A stretch of DNA of 62,636 nucleotides, filler included, from Rhabdomonas costata (Eukaryota), in NCBI GenBank assembly GCA_019059605.1. It is 20 parts of 20 records of this genome, joined end to end, with 100 filler letters (N's around TTAATTAATTAA, not from the genome) between each part and the next. Parts side by side here need not be neighbours in the genome. Positions count along the whole stretch, not along the records: positions 37,525 to 40,547 come from JAHMHO010001529.1; positions 40,648 to 43,675 come from JAHMHO010001530.1; positions 43,776 to 46,977 come from JAHMHO010001531.1; positions 47,078 to 50,098 come from JAHMHO010001532.1; positions 50,199 to 53,210 come from JAHMHO010001533.1; 15 more parts are not named here. One strand, 5' to 3'. The notes beneath the pieces are model-generated. The model was not told the origin of the DNA. It was given only the letters and a program-made list of their open reading frames with translations, and did no database searches. Both the position numbers and the translations under genes were made by a program. This document shows, piece by piece, positions 37,972-50,774 of the stretch (its first letter is position 1; each line of letters opens with the position of its first letter).

Positions 37972-38268
37972 ACCTGAACTGATGGCGAAGGGGATCAGGA
38001 AGTGGCGCACATGGCTTCGGTTCCGTTCGGCATGCACAGAAATGGTTCTCAGCTGCCAGGCCTTTGAATGGAGCGCGTCCTTCGCCTCCGAACCCATAGT
38101 GACCCAGAACACACGGGACAGAAACCTTCGCTTGAGCTCCGCCCCTGCAGCGCATGCACACAGAATCCTTTAATGCACTCACCGTCCCTGGCGTATTTCG
38201 TCAGGGCACGGACACGGGATTTCAGGACTTTTTTTATCCTAATCTGCTGATGGCCTTGGCAGATCTCA
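37972..38268 (-). CDS. Two probable exons of an unidentified gene separated by a ~38-nt GT-AG intron
   Basis: ..KSRVRALTKYARD G|gtgagt...tgcag|GG AELKRRFLSRVFW..; the phase-1 join is in frame. No family recognised; outer boundaries approximate. Confidence 0.35.
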
Positions 38269-38958
38269 TGGCGCAATGGAAGTTGGAGTGGTGACCGTTA
38301 CCACTGGCAACCGTTACCGTAGGTAACCGTTACGGATGGTGCCCGCTACCAGTTGAAAAGAAAACTGTCTTCAAACATTCGCTAAATTAACTCGGTCCGT
38401 AAATCATGCGAGCGCTCTCGAAATGAGTTATTATTGTGTAAGGGGTTTGGGTGAACTCTGCCGCGTAGATGTTTTTTTGCAGCTGAAAACTACTGTTGTC
38501 AGAGGACTCGTCAATGGCTTGGCTTGGCCGGACAAGTAGGGCAGCATTAGCTTAGGGGTGGGAACGTGACCTTGGGAGTCCTTTAACAGCTGCGCGGTTC
38601 CACAGAAAATTGTTACCACAACCCTGCCTCTAACGTCCGATCTCGGCAGTGGCCACTTAAGGAAAGTCCACGCAATGAAAGATGAGGCACACCAAAGAGA
38701 GTGCTCATAGGAGCGAGATGTGACCGGTCCGCAACGTTCAGGATAGTCCTGGGATCCACAGGACAAGGCCCATCCCCTTCTATCGGGGCAACCTCCGTGC
38801 TGCTTCCGTGCAGCAGGAAAAGAAGAAGGGAAGCCATCGTCCAGCGAAGCATTCCGGAAAAGCCAGCAAAAGAAAGCCAACAAAAGAAACAAGGCTCGCA
38901 ATCTGTTGGGAATAAGAATGACGAAGGTATTCACCATTCAGTATTCACTCACTTTCAT

Positions 38959-38985
38959 TAACCCCAACCCAAACCCTAACCCTAA
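38959..38985 (-). repeat. Degenerate interstitial telomeric (CCCTAA)n tract
   Basis: taaccccaacccaaaccctaaccctaa seen directly. Confidence 0.6.
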
Positions 38986-41900
38986 GGGGGTCCGACCGAG
39001 CCATCTCAAAGATCCACCATAACAATCCCCCAAGTCCATCACACATCTGGGCCTAATCTGCTTTGTTCCCCACACACCCTCATGCGACACAGCAATAGCG
39101 CTCTGTACTCGGAATAATTTTCCTAAATTCCTAAAACATTAATTTTTTCGAGGGCATCCTCTTAGAGACAAAAAACAATCTACTCCGGCATGTTTACCAT
39201 TATTTTCCACTCTAAAAATACTGGTGCGGTTACCATTGCCCCGCCCCCATGCGTCAGTTAATCCATGACATGACAGAGCTTCCTCATTTCCGTTCAGTCA
39301 TCGACTGACAAAAAGTACAAAAAGGACACAAAATATTCGCGGGCCATAGCTCCTGTAATGGAACCGTGATTGCGAACCATGATTGCACGATACTGACGTT
39401 CAACGCGAGACACGTGAACTGATTAGAGTTAATGGAGCATACTTTCTTGGTCTTTATCCCAACTCCTCGCGAAAGTCTTCCACAACTCACTCCGGTACCA
39501 AAGTACAGCACAGCAATAGCAGCTACAGGCACTTTGTACACAAAAAAGAAAGAAAGGCAAACAAACACGCAATCTGCGGGGGGGGGGAAGAACAGAATCC
39601 CCCAAACGGCACAATTAGCTTTTTTCTGTTGCGAACGTACACACGCACAGAGTTCGAGAACGCTGTAAACAAAAACAACGTCTGAAGGGAAAAGCAAAAT
39701 TCTGGGTGGAGGGGGGCCATCCTGCGACCTCACGAACAGTGGAAAGAAGAATAAAGGTCCGTGTGTCCGTGTAATTTGTAGTAGCACTGCGCGGTCATGG
39801 GTATAGTGCAGTTCTTTACGCCGTCCCCGTGCGTCCGACGCGACGGAGAAAGCTCGCCGTAGGCTTCATCGCCCGAGCGGACAGCGATTCTGGACGCTCC
39901 CCTCGAGGTGAGTCTGCCACACAGACCGGAGAAAAGTAGAGGCGGAGAGTGAAGTCCAAAATCAGAACCCAGAAGAGGATTTCAGGACGAGGGGCGGATG
40001 TTATGAGGAGAACGGGTCTGCTGCCAACGGAAAACGGGCATTTTTGTTTTGCACGGTGTAGCATTCTTTCTCGAAGGAGTCATGAGAGGGCAATTCATCA
40101 CACAGTGGATGGTGGATGACCCGTGACAGGCAGGGAAAGTTTCGGCCCAAGGCTTAATGGACCCCCGGAAGAAACTTGTGTGATATTGGATTTATATCGC
40201 ATAACATTCCTCTTTTTGGGTAGCTTTTAGTGGAGAGAAGAATTCAAAGCCTTCTAACTGGTCAAGCACTCTGAGCTGGAACCGGAGTGCAGAATCCATC
40301 AGAGAATGGAAGAAGTGCCTCCCCCTCTCACTTTTCCTGTTTTCCTGCATTTTTTGTGAATGCAAAAAACTGTACGCCCTTCCTTAACTCCATGCACACT
40401 TCCCCAGACATCCTTGAAAAAGAAGGGGAGTAGCTGCAAAAGGTGCAGCACAGGGGATTGGGCAAACTGAGAGGTTGGAATTGATACCTCGAGCGGAAGA
40501 CGATCCCATCGCAGCAGAGGCCACCGCGGAGGCGGGGACCCACAAAANNNNNNNNNNNNNNNNNNNNNNNNNNNNNNNNNNNNNNNNNNNNTTAATTAAT
40601 TAANNNNNNNNNNNNNNNNNNNNNNNNNNNNNNNNNNNNNNNNNNNNACCCCAGCATCAACACACCAACACCAAAGTATAAAACACACAAAAATGCCAAC
40701 ATCTTACATAACTCTTTTAACAAAAGTACACACCTGCAAGACAACACGCAATGCCAACAACCCGACATCCTCTACGCAAAACACGCCAAAAACAACATCA
40801 GACACACAGCGCCGCTAAAAACTTTACGCAAACATCATTACGCATTTCAGCCCTAATGACCAATAAATCAACTTTCCACAATCATCACAGAAACAGAGAA
40901 ATTACTCCACATGAAACAGGCTACAAACCACTCAAAAACACTCGGAGCCACTGCAAACCACTCGGAATTCCAACCAAAACCAGTCGTAATCAAACACTCC
41001 ATAACATACCGACCGAACCTAAAGCAGACACCGCTGCAAATTAACACAAACACCCAAAGAAACCAAAAACCAGCGCAAGAAATCCACTGAAATCTAGACT
41101 TCGGAAATGCACTTAGAACATTGAATGCCAACAGTAAGCAAAGAAACCAACACAGAAAACAAAAAAGGAGCCTGGGGGAGATATCAGCCAAACCCACGTG
41201 CTCAAAAACCCAATATGCCATGAAATAGCACAGATGAGAAATAACAACGCCCGAAAACCTCAATGGAGGACTACGCAGGATCAGCTCAAAGCAAAAACGT
41301 AGTAGATCAATAATGCAGCGGGAAAATGCAAAAAAAAAAAGGAGAAAGATGAAAATACAGAACAGAACCCATGAATCCAACACCCCGGAGACGTACTTAC
41401 CCTTGGTTTTGACGGAGATGGCGTCGGCTGCAGTGGACCTGCGCGTCGTCCACCATCTTCAGCTTATCATCCTATCCTTCATTAGGAACTGCGGGCTGGT
41501 AGTCGAGCGGCACGAAGCGATCAAGCCAGTTTTTGCCGAATCCCATACGCAGAACCCGCCGCACGGTTCGGGGTGCCTCGTGCCCACTTCCTCCATACTT
41601 TACACCTCTGACCGACATTTTTGCCTAACGTTACCGGGTTCCTACCGATGAGAAGAGGACGCACTTGCCGCCAACCATGGGCATTTGGGACGCAGTAGCC
41701 CAAAAGGCGCAACCTTTTTTGCGGGCCGCCCAAAGCCTACCGGGTCTTATCAACCTATCACAAATTACTTACAACTTATTACAAAGTCTTATCAAATATA
41801 ATGCCAAAACGCCGATGAGCGGACAAGCGCCGACGGACAAGGAAAACAAACAAGAAGGACTCGGCGTTTTGAGCCCCAAATTCGGATAACATGGCGGCCC

Positions 41901-44099
41901 ACCGGCGGGGGTAGGGACCACCCAATGCGAAGAACTGTCGGAAGGGGACCAATATTTCCAAATCTTCGGGCGTGTTTTTGGAGCTTCATAGCTCGGTGTC
42001 CGCGTTCATCCGGGGGGCTCCGAAAGACTTCGTGTGAGCGGCCTGGGGCCGGTATGATAGAATTACGGTGGTAGAGAAAGATCGGGGCCGAGGTATGGCG
42101 CGGCAATTAAATGCAATGGTCTTTTTGCTTCCAAAACAAGTCTCTTTGCAGAGTAATGGAAAAAAGCAGCACCAGTCCCTAAGTCAAAGAAGAAAAGCTA
42201 GGGCTGAGGCACACCGACCACCCAGGGCGCCACACAGGGCCTGCCCGGAAAAAATTCCAGACTATGAATTAGGCATTAATAAATCCAGGGTGGGGGCAGA
42301 CAGATCGCGATCACAAAAATACGCGGTCGTGCTAAATGATGCAGGAGAAATGCAAAGACTTCAACGTCGAGCAACCAGCAGTGCCGGACTCTGGCAAAAA
42401 ACATGTTTTCAGAGAAAAGTCCATTAAAGTTGTACACATGGTTGTCTTCAGCGAATTGGGGGGATTGGGAAGGCAAACACATTGATAAATGCAGTGCGAG
42501 TCAGGATCCTAGCGCTGAGTTTCCAAACTGGGTGACGGAGAGACAGAAGAGGACGATGAAGACGAGGTTCCTGGTGCAGCGGCGCGGGCTGTCCGCAAAG
42601 CCGCAGCTTTGGCCAGGCTGCACGAAAACTCGCGGCATGCTTGAGCCATCACTGCGCGCGGGGGGGTGTCGGCGTTGCTACTGGAACCACCAAATATACT
42701 CCCAAAACGAGGACACCTGGTTGCCAACCTGGTTGCTTCAGCAAGACGGTATGATATTGCAACAATATGCCAAATTTCAACACCGATAATTTTTGTAAAG
42801 CAAGCATATCAGCAACGCAACACGTTGTTCAAGCGTTGTTCGAGTAGCCGCCCAATTCCCCCGGTTCCTGGTAACATCAGCTGTACTCAGCCCCTGCTTG
42901 CAGCTTACACTGTGAGGCACAGAAACACGTGCAGGCGAAGATATTCCAATGAAAAAAGAACACACATGTGTGGTACTCTGCAAGTTGGTCTTGGTACTTC
43001 ACGAAGGCCTGAAAAAGAACAGTAGAAAAATACCGAGGGAAAAGCCCCAGCGACAAAGTTTTTTCCAGGCATCAGATGTGCTAGCACAATTACGCTGTTG
43101 AGAGGGGAATGCGTAGAGACAAAAAAGGTTTCCGAGAGCTAGCGAAACCGAGGAAACTCGGTGCACTCCCACCATTCTCACCTTCGCCTTTCAGGCACAC
43201 CTCAAGCGTCTCCGCATCCCATGGAACAGGCATCGAGGTGGGTGTGGGCAACACCACAGATGTGGGCTCTGCGAACGCGCCGCAAAATAAAGAGCCAGGA
43301 GAGCCTCAGCAGCAGCAAACCACCCTTAACATCACCACCACCACCACCACCACCCTTACCACCCTTAACATGTCTGAGCGGCCACGTGCCAGGCCGTTGC
43401 CGAGTCCAAAATGCGCTACGGCATTCTCCAAAATCCGTATTTTTTCCATTCTCCACACCATTCACTCCGTTCACAAAATGCAACTCTTGAGTTCCTGCGA
43501 ACGTATACCGGAGACCTTGCAACTGATGCGTTGCGAAGCTGCAAACCCCATGCGCTCGTATATCTCCAAATTGCGCCTGGTTCCATCACACGTCTCATAC
43601 ACAAAGCGAGAGTTATAAAAGACCGACACACCAACCCGCGGGAGCGCAGGGCGCGGTGGGTAAGGGCGCCCTGGCNNNNNNNNNNNNNNNNNNNNNNNNN
43701 NNNNNNNNNNNNNNNNNNNTTAATTAATTAANNNNNNNNNNNNNNNNNNNNNNNNNNNNNNNNNNNNNNNNNNNNGTGAATACTTGATTCTGCCAGTTTT
43801 CTGCTTGAGCTATTTGCCAGCACCGTGAAGCCCTATCCTTTGAAATCGTGGAAGTTACCGACCTCTGGGCGGGATCTTGCTAGCGAACTGCCGTTACCGT
43901 TAATTGTTTCCGTGCTGATTTATGAAATGCAAGCAGCACCACTCCTCAACAAAACAAAAGCTGGTCAACAGAGGCCTCTTAATCACGAGCCAGGCCAAAG
44001 ATTCACGCAAAACCTCTTGTTTTTTTGTCCCTTCTTCCCCTATACACTTTTCTCTTCCTAGTCATCTGATCTTGTACCGGTGCTTCCATTTCCCCACAG

Positions 44100-45569
44100 G
44101 CACCCTGTGGGGTACACGGGGCCTATGGGCGGCACGGTGGACCAGGAGCTGCTGGGTGAGGGCCGCAGCCTTCCCTTTGAAGACCTGAAGGCGATGCTGT
44201 TCGATCTGCTTCTCAGCAACCCCCTGAAGAATTGTATGGATATCAAAAGAATGCTGGAGCAGCAGGGCGCCGTGTACGAGAGAAAGGTCTCCTTGCGGCT
44301 ACCATCTTCGAAAGAGATCAACTTTATCCCTAAATCAACTTTAACCCTTCTACATTGATCCAGTTTTGGGACTTATTGATCACCAATGCTTTCACGCAAA
44401 TAAAAACTCCGGGTATCGATCTGAGGATCGATTTCATCGGTGCTGAAAATCATTTTGGTCGGGAGCGGTGTCGATCGGTGCCAAAGCTGTGGCAAACCTT
44501 TTGTACCAACTTCCGCACCCAACTTCCCAGTGTGGTTGTTACGTCCGCCCTATTCAAATAGTCCAGCTTAAAGTTGGCGCGTTTCTGTCACCGAAAACCT
44601 TGCGGTACAAGTCGGTCGGGATCCCAGTGTCCACGATGACAAACAGTGGAATGCACTAGCTGCTTCAGGGACCCAAGGACCAAAGCTCAGAGCTCAGAGG
44701 CAAAGCAAAGGCAGAGCACGTCTGGCAGCCATATGGAGGTGTTTAATGGTTGCCCAAGGTTACTACTCGTGACCACCGATGTTTGTCTCACCCACCACCA
44801 AAAAAATGGCACCCACACACTCTGGTTGAAACGCTCTGACAGTCAGTTGAACTGTCACCGTGGACGCTCGGGGCTTTTTTTTCTGTGGAGGAAATTTGGC
44901 CAGCTGGGAATATACCGGCTACGGGCAAGTTGTCCTAACCCTGGCTCTTTGAATATTAGAATCCCATACCCTGCTTACCACACCCGGGGCACAAAGTGCC
45001 CTTGCTCAACAGGAACTTCACCAAATCCAATCCTTTCAATCGCTGCACAGCTTCCAAGTCCATTTTGTCATTTTGCAAATCGCAAAATATCTCCAAAGCG
45101 TAAAAGATCTGCAGATCCAAAAATGTACCCGTCATATTCCCAGCTAGCCGAAATTTTTATCTCTGCTTGGTAAAGATCTCCCACCTAATCAACAGGCACG
45201 TATCATTGGATTCATCTGGTCTTCGAACAACGACATAGGTTCGCAGCTTTGGCAGGCGGCTGGTGCCTTTTATTCTGATCTCCCCTGTGAACTTCCGAAT
45301 CGCTCTTTTCCTTCAATGCAATGTGTTAGTCCGGACGAATGTGATCTAGTTTGAAATAAGTTGTAACTTGTGTGACGAACTGTTACACACACACACGCTC
45401 GCATGTAAAGGACATCGTCTGGTGTGTGGTTGTGCTGTGTGCTGTGCAGATGATCCAGGCAGCGCTTTACCAGATGGAGAAGGACGGCCATGCTCGAAAG
45501 ACTCTGGTGAGCAATCCCGGGCCAGGCCCAAAGTGGCCCCTGTGGGAGGTTATTGCTTCCGAAAGCTAA
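44100..45569 (+). CDS. Protein with a C-terminal Z-alpha-like winged-helix domain (exons 44100-44286 and 45450-45569; 5' partial)
   Basis: Phase-0 GT-AG join gives EDLKAMLFDLLLSNPLKNCMDIKRMLEQQGAVYERK|MIQAALYQMEKDGHARKTLVSNPGPGPKWPLWEVIASES*, which aligns with the Z-alpha pattern KKEINRVLYSL.KKG...PPLW. Confidence 0.7.
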
Positions 45570-45924
45570 GCGGTCTGCTTTGGGCTGACTCTAGCTGAGG
45601 GTCTACGAAGCCTGGGGTCAGGCGGAGGCAGGCTGTCGCTGTAAACCGGTGGTGTGCAACCAACCCTCCGTTTAGCTTGACTGGTGCGTACGGTGCTGTC
45701 TGGCGGATGATGCCAGTCGTTTGGACGCATGCGGGAACGGCAACACTGTACTCCTTTTTTATCGTTCCTTTGCCCGCCATTGTTTGATTGGGCGGTAGAG
45801 AAGCTTTTACGTGCTGCAGTTTTGGTCACATCGCCACATCAATCTTTCCGAAGGTTCCACGTTCTTTGGGGGGGGGGGGTGGCGGGGAAAGTGCAACCTG
45901 CAAAATTTGCATCCTTTTTGTCTG

Positions 45925-45948
45925 TTAGGGTTAGGGTTAGGGTTAGGG
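45925..45948 (+). repeat. Interstitial telomeric repeat (TTAGGG)4
   Basis: Seen directly, in the middle of a contig. Confidence 0.9.
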
Positions 45949-46782
45949 TTGGTGTTGATGGCTGTTCCTCCTGTGTCCCAAGCCCGGAGTCGAAAGAAGG
46001 GCGTCCCCAGAATGCACCTCAGACACCAGGACGCCGGGCAGAAAGATCCTCCGACGCTCTATTTGTTAGGCGCACCTGGAATTCCCACACAAACCCCCGC
46101 CGGGGGCTACCGCCCGAAAATGGAGCACTCATATAGCCCGGGGGGTTCCGTTGGTATGCAGAGTCGTTTCCCGGAGCGCTCACGCGTGACTGTTGCACGC
46201 ACTTTCTTCGAAACCGGTCCTCCAACAGTATGATCTTCAATCGGACAGCGTCTTCTATAGTTTCGAACAAAGCGTTATACTCGATATTATTATGTGTTCG
46301 GATAGTTTCATATCATTTCTGTTTTAATTGGAAATTTGAAAAAGCAGCAAACGCAAAACAGAAAGGAAAAGAAAGTGCCAGAAAAAAACTAAATCGAAAA
46401 TGGGGGTTTTCGGGCGTTGAAGGTCATGTGCCGGAAAGGGGGGGAAAAGGGAGGTAGCAGGGTGTGGCGTTTAAAAGGCAGAATTGCGCTAGAGGCGGGT
46501 GAATAATGGGAATAGAGGAAGGAATTATACAAATTGGAAGAGAAGAAAATTTGAAACGGACCTGCCCTCGAGTGGCGGCTCTCCTGTGTGTCTTGACGCC
46601 TCTGACCGTGGGCGCTGTCGCGTCTGACCTTGGTATTTACCGAGTGCGCAACCTGACGGGGGTCTCCGGGTTTATCGCTCGCTTTGCCCTTTCGTTTTGC
46701 TTCGCTGGGCTCCGCTCATGCCTTCCCCAATCTTCCGCCCAAAAAGATGGCTGTGGAAGCAGCAAACGACACACGCGCGCGT

Positions 46783-46867
<85 letters not shown>
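46783..46867. repeat. (CA)~42 microsatellite preceded by CGCGCGTG
   Basis: Seen directly. Confidence 0.97.
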
Positions 46868-46868
<1 letters not shown>

Positions 46869-48222
46869 CGCGCCTTGGCGCGGTGTGCTGGGGCGTGTCC
46901 TTGTGCTGCTTGTTCTGCACACCTGTTGGTTTTTTGGCGCGTTCACGGTGCTGCTGTTCGTGCTGGACGACACAAACNNNNNNNNNNNNNNNNNNNNNNN
47001 NNNNNNNNNNNNNNNNNNNNNTTAATTAATTAANNNNNNNNNNNNNNNNNNNNNNNNNNNNNNNNNNNNNNNNNNNNTGTTTTTGGGACCAGATGCGGCG
47101 CCCCTAGGTAGGTAAGCGCGCAGTACTGGTAGATTTAGGACGCTTGATCGAGACCATTTGGGGCGGGATCGCACTTGTGCGCGTTGATGTCCAGCCCAAA
47201 AGTGGGGAGCAGGTCCTTGAGGTAGAGAAAACCGGGTTCTAGTCCTTTGGGTTCGGCGTTGAGGAAAGGAGGTTGGAATGATGATTCTGAGGCTGCTGTT
47301 GAACCTACGGTGGACGGTTTCCTTTCGGGAACGAACGGAGCATCATGCGGGCCACTTCCCCCCAGCGAAGTTAGGCACCTTCATTGTCCTTGTTGGGCTT
47401 GCGCGCTTAGGTTTCAAAAAGACCGCGCGACGCGACACAGAAATTTTGAGGAATGGACCCGAACTCAGCAATTCTTCCAGGGAAAAGGGGAAGATGTCCG
47501 GAGTAACAATCCGTACTATATCGGACTATCACCACCACTGAAAGACTTTTCGGCGGGTGAAAGTCTCCTCCAAGAAATAACCAGTTAAACACTGCGGTAA
47601 ACGATTTGGCACTCAAAATCACCCGAGCGTTGATTTCCTGGCACGTGATTGCTGGGGGCGCCGCTGGGACAGCCGCAAGGGGCGCTAGCCGAAGCAGCTT
47701 CCACGGGGGATTGGGGACGCGGTGGGCGTGCGGAAAAATGGTAAGGGCAGCCCTCTCCAACCTCCCATACCCGTCTAGGGTTGTCTTCACCAGCGATGTC
47801 GCACCGAACAACGTCCTCCGCAGTTAGGCTTCCATCAGTTACCGTTGAAATCGGCTTTTTTTTGCGCAACTCTAGACTGCTCTAGAAATTAACTGGGCAA
47901 AACTCTTCTATGTGGGCAAAACTCCATGGCCCATGATCATTTCTGTACATAAATGGATGGCGTTGATTCTGATGAGCACTTCATAACATGACCGATACAA
48001 GCGTTTAGAATGGAACCAAGTGTTGCTCATCAGAGGGACAATGCGGTCACTCAGTGTACAAAACCGACCGGCATTGTTGTCTCCCCTGACCACAAATACT
48101 GCATTCTCGCTATTCTCTCGACGGATTCGCACGGCTTCATTCCCCTCCGAAAGTCAAAGACCACTTTCTGAAGGAGAAGAAGGAGGAAGAAGAGGTAGAT
48201 AATAAGGAGCAGGTCCGGTGGA

Positions 48223-49952
48223 CTAACGGGGGGGCTTGTGCTGGGACCCTGGAGGGGCCATCCGGCGCCCCGGAAGCACCCGATACTTGCTCTTTGTTTT
48301 CCGAGTGGCAAAGAGGAGGATCGAGATTGCCACAGCCAGGGTACCAAAGGCGATGTTGCGACCCAGGCGCAAAGTATCCCGCTGGCTTCGAAGGGTGCGC
48401 ATCTCATCCTCCGCGGTGCCATAGAACTCGTCGAAGTTCTGCACGTCCATGATCTTACCGGAGGGACCAACAGACGGCGGTGCCCTCGGGACCTCCGCAG
48501 AGGGCATGATCAGCAGTAGGGTGAATTAAAAGGAAAGGGCTGATGGAAAAGACCTATCACTTTGACTCACTCAGTGTAGCAGAGACATATTACATATGGC
48601 CCGCAACATCTCAAAAGTGGGAAGTAGGGGTATACACACAATGAAGAGGCCGAAAAGAGGCGAATATACCTCCAGGTCAAAACCAGTCTTTTCACCATCC
48701 CTTCCAAGTCCGAAAATGCGTGATTTAGAGTGCACTTCTTTTTCTGTTATGACTTTTTGATGTGACGCGGGCAAAAGGTGCAACAGGTGGGCCACCTCGC
48801 CCTTGAGGCTGAGCTAACCTTCCACCCAAATTCATCTGCACCCCCGCTTCAAGTCTGTCCTATATACAGAGTCCCGGCGAACTCACACCCCATTCCACAC
48901 GAGATGACGTTCAAAAGTCTCTTTTAAGCGCTTTGGCCCTTCAAGTCCTTCAAGCCACCACGTGGCAATCAACAAATCATCGCAATCTCAGCGAGACAAC
49001 AGGCCAGAGGTGGGGGGACGTATTTTGTAATATAGCTCCCCTTTCCCCCCACAACTCATGTGCTGGTTGTGGTTCATGTCGTTACAGTAAGCTGCACAGA
49101 AGTGAAAGATTAGGAGATGTGTCCACGCTGAACCTTGCTGGCCGGGGATCAAAATCTGAGGTATCCCTGTCGAAAACAAAGTCCGCAGACAGTGCCTTCT
49201 TTGTCCACCCGAGCAACCAGTGGACCACGGGCGCAAAAAAACTCTCTGGAGCAAGAGGCTTCGCCCGCAAGAAAAGGTACAAATAAAGGGAAGGTCATAC
49301 ATCATGAGCATGTGGTTTGGACCGTCACCTCTCTCTCTCTCTCTCTCCATCACCAAAATCATCGCACACAAGCAGCGCGTGCACCATCGGACACCCTTCT
49401 AATGGGCGCAGCAAAGCAGGCGCACTACTTCGAAAATGCACAAAGCCCGAAGGCATACCAGATGCAACGAAAGCAAAGGTGCCACAAAGTGCAGCAAAAT
49501 GCACATCACAGAGCCCAGACACAAACAGAAACTTTCCAGTAACTATACAGAGAGGCTGACCCCAAGCAGCGGTCACTTCCCCATTCCACCCGCTCCAACC
49601 ATTCCAACCAAACCAAGCGCAATGCATCATCGTTCCATTTCTACCCACGACTCTCCTCGCAACACCCCTACTCTGACGGACCCTCTTTATCCTCTGTAGT
49701 TGGGCCGATACAGGGTGGTGCCGACCGAGAGCGATGCGGGTGTGGGCTGTGGGTCCCTGGGTGGTCCACAAAGACCCACTCCTCGGCGTCGCCGATTTCG
49801 CTCTCCGTGAAGTCCACGTACACCTCAAAGTTCAAGTCCCCCTCTTCACCGTCGTCTTTGCAGTCGTTGACCTCGGGCTTGCAGATGGGCTGCCCCGTGG
49901 CAGGATCCAGCTCAACGACGGACCAATTTCCCGCGGTCGGCAAAAGCAGCTC
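48223..49952 (-). CDS. Probable tail-anchored membrane protein (exons about 49952-49712 and 48490-48280; boundaries approximate)
   Basis: An acidic exon has GNWSVVE and DAEEWVFVD. A downstream exon has a short coiled coil, the TM helix IAFGTLAVAISILLFAT and a basic tail RKTKSK. Joining the two exons is inferred. Confidence 0.5.
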
Positions 49953-50774
49953 CTGTCCACGGCCATGGGCAGTTGTGTTGCGACCCTGCAAAAGCCTTGA
50001 TAACTTAAACAGCTTGAGGATAAACCCATAGACGGTAAAATAACGCACTCGAGTTTGGGTAACGTGGACCGAGCCGAAGTCCACGAACATCATTACGGNN
50101 NNNNNNNNNNNNNNNNNNNNNNNNNNNNNNNNNNNNNNNNNNTTAATTAATTAANNNNNNNNNNNNNNNNNNNNNNNNNNNNNNNNNNNNNNNNNNNNGG
50201 GTGGTGGTGGATGGCACGTTCTTCTCATGGTATGGCAGCCGAATGCAAAATGCCCCGTCCTACCTGGCGCAGTTGCTGCTGCAGCTGAACGCATAGACAA
50301 TAGGTTCCGGGTGCGGTCAACACGGCTTAACCAGTGTACAGTATGTGGCTCATGATATTGTGAGCCTGTTTTTAAATGTTGAAAAATTTCCTTTCCCAAG
50401 GACCAGAACTGGGGTGGTGGAAATGCTCAGGCTACTTGGGTTACTCAGGTTACTCGGGCACACGCTGAAGCTTGTTTTTCCCTTTTCTTTAGCATCTTCT
50501 TTATGTCCTGCAGTATTTTTTCTCAACTGAACGGCTTTTGTTTGACTTTTGTGAACCCGAGAGCGGCCTCAACCGTTCATCAGTCAGTTTCTTATGAAGA
50601 AGAGCTTGAGTCAAAACTGTCAATAAAGTGTCGACCACGTAGAAGCAAATCCCAAGCTAACCGAGCGAAGAAACGGCCGAGAAGCTCTGGTAAGTGCATT
50701 TCGCGTATTTGGGCTCTAGCCTTCTTTCAGGTGATTTCTCTGGTTTTCTCCTTGTGTGTCATTTTTTCTTCCAA

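Noticed and set aside
40648-43675. A/C-skewed stretch and broken frames suggesting a decayed transposon
   Set aside because: No recognisable domain or terminal repeat; the skew fits a T/G-rich minus-strand intron after a GTAAGT donor near 41400.
1-45569. A defence island made of the viral-like gene, SIR2-like gene and Z-alpha gene
   Set aside because: They lie on separate, artificially concatenated contigs.
44100-46867. Functional link between the Z-alpha-like gene and the nearby Z-forming (CA)n tract
   Set aside because: CA/GT microsatellites occur on many contigs here, so proximity is uninformative.
46506-47033. ORFs with poly-HT or poly-CV tracts (also at 9420, 13872 and 53399)
   Set aside because: They are translations of dinucleotide microsatellites.
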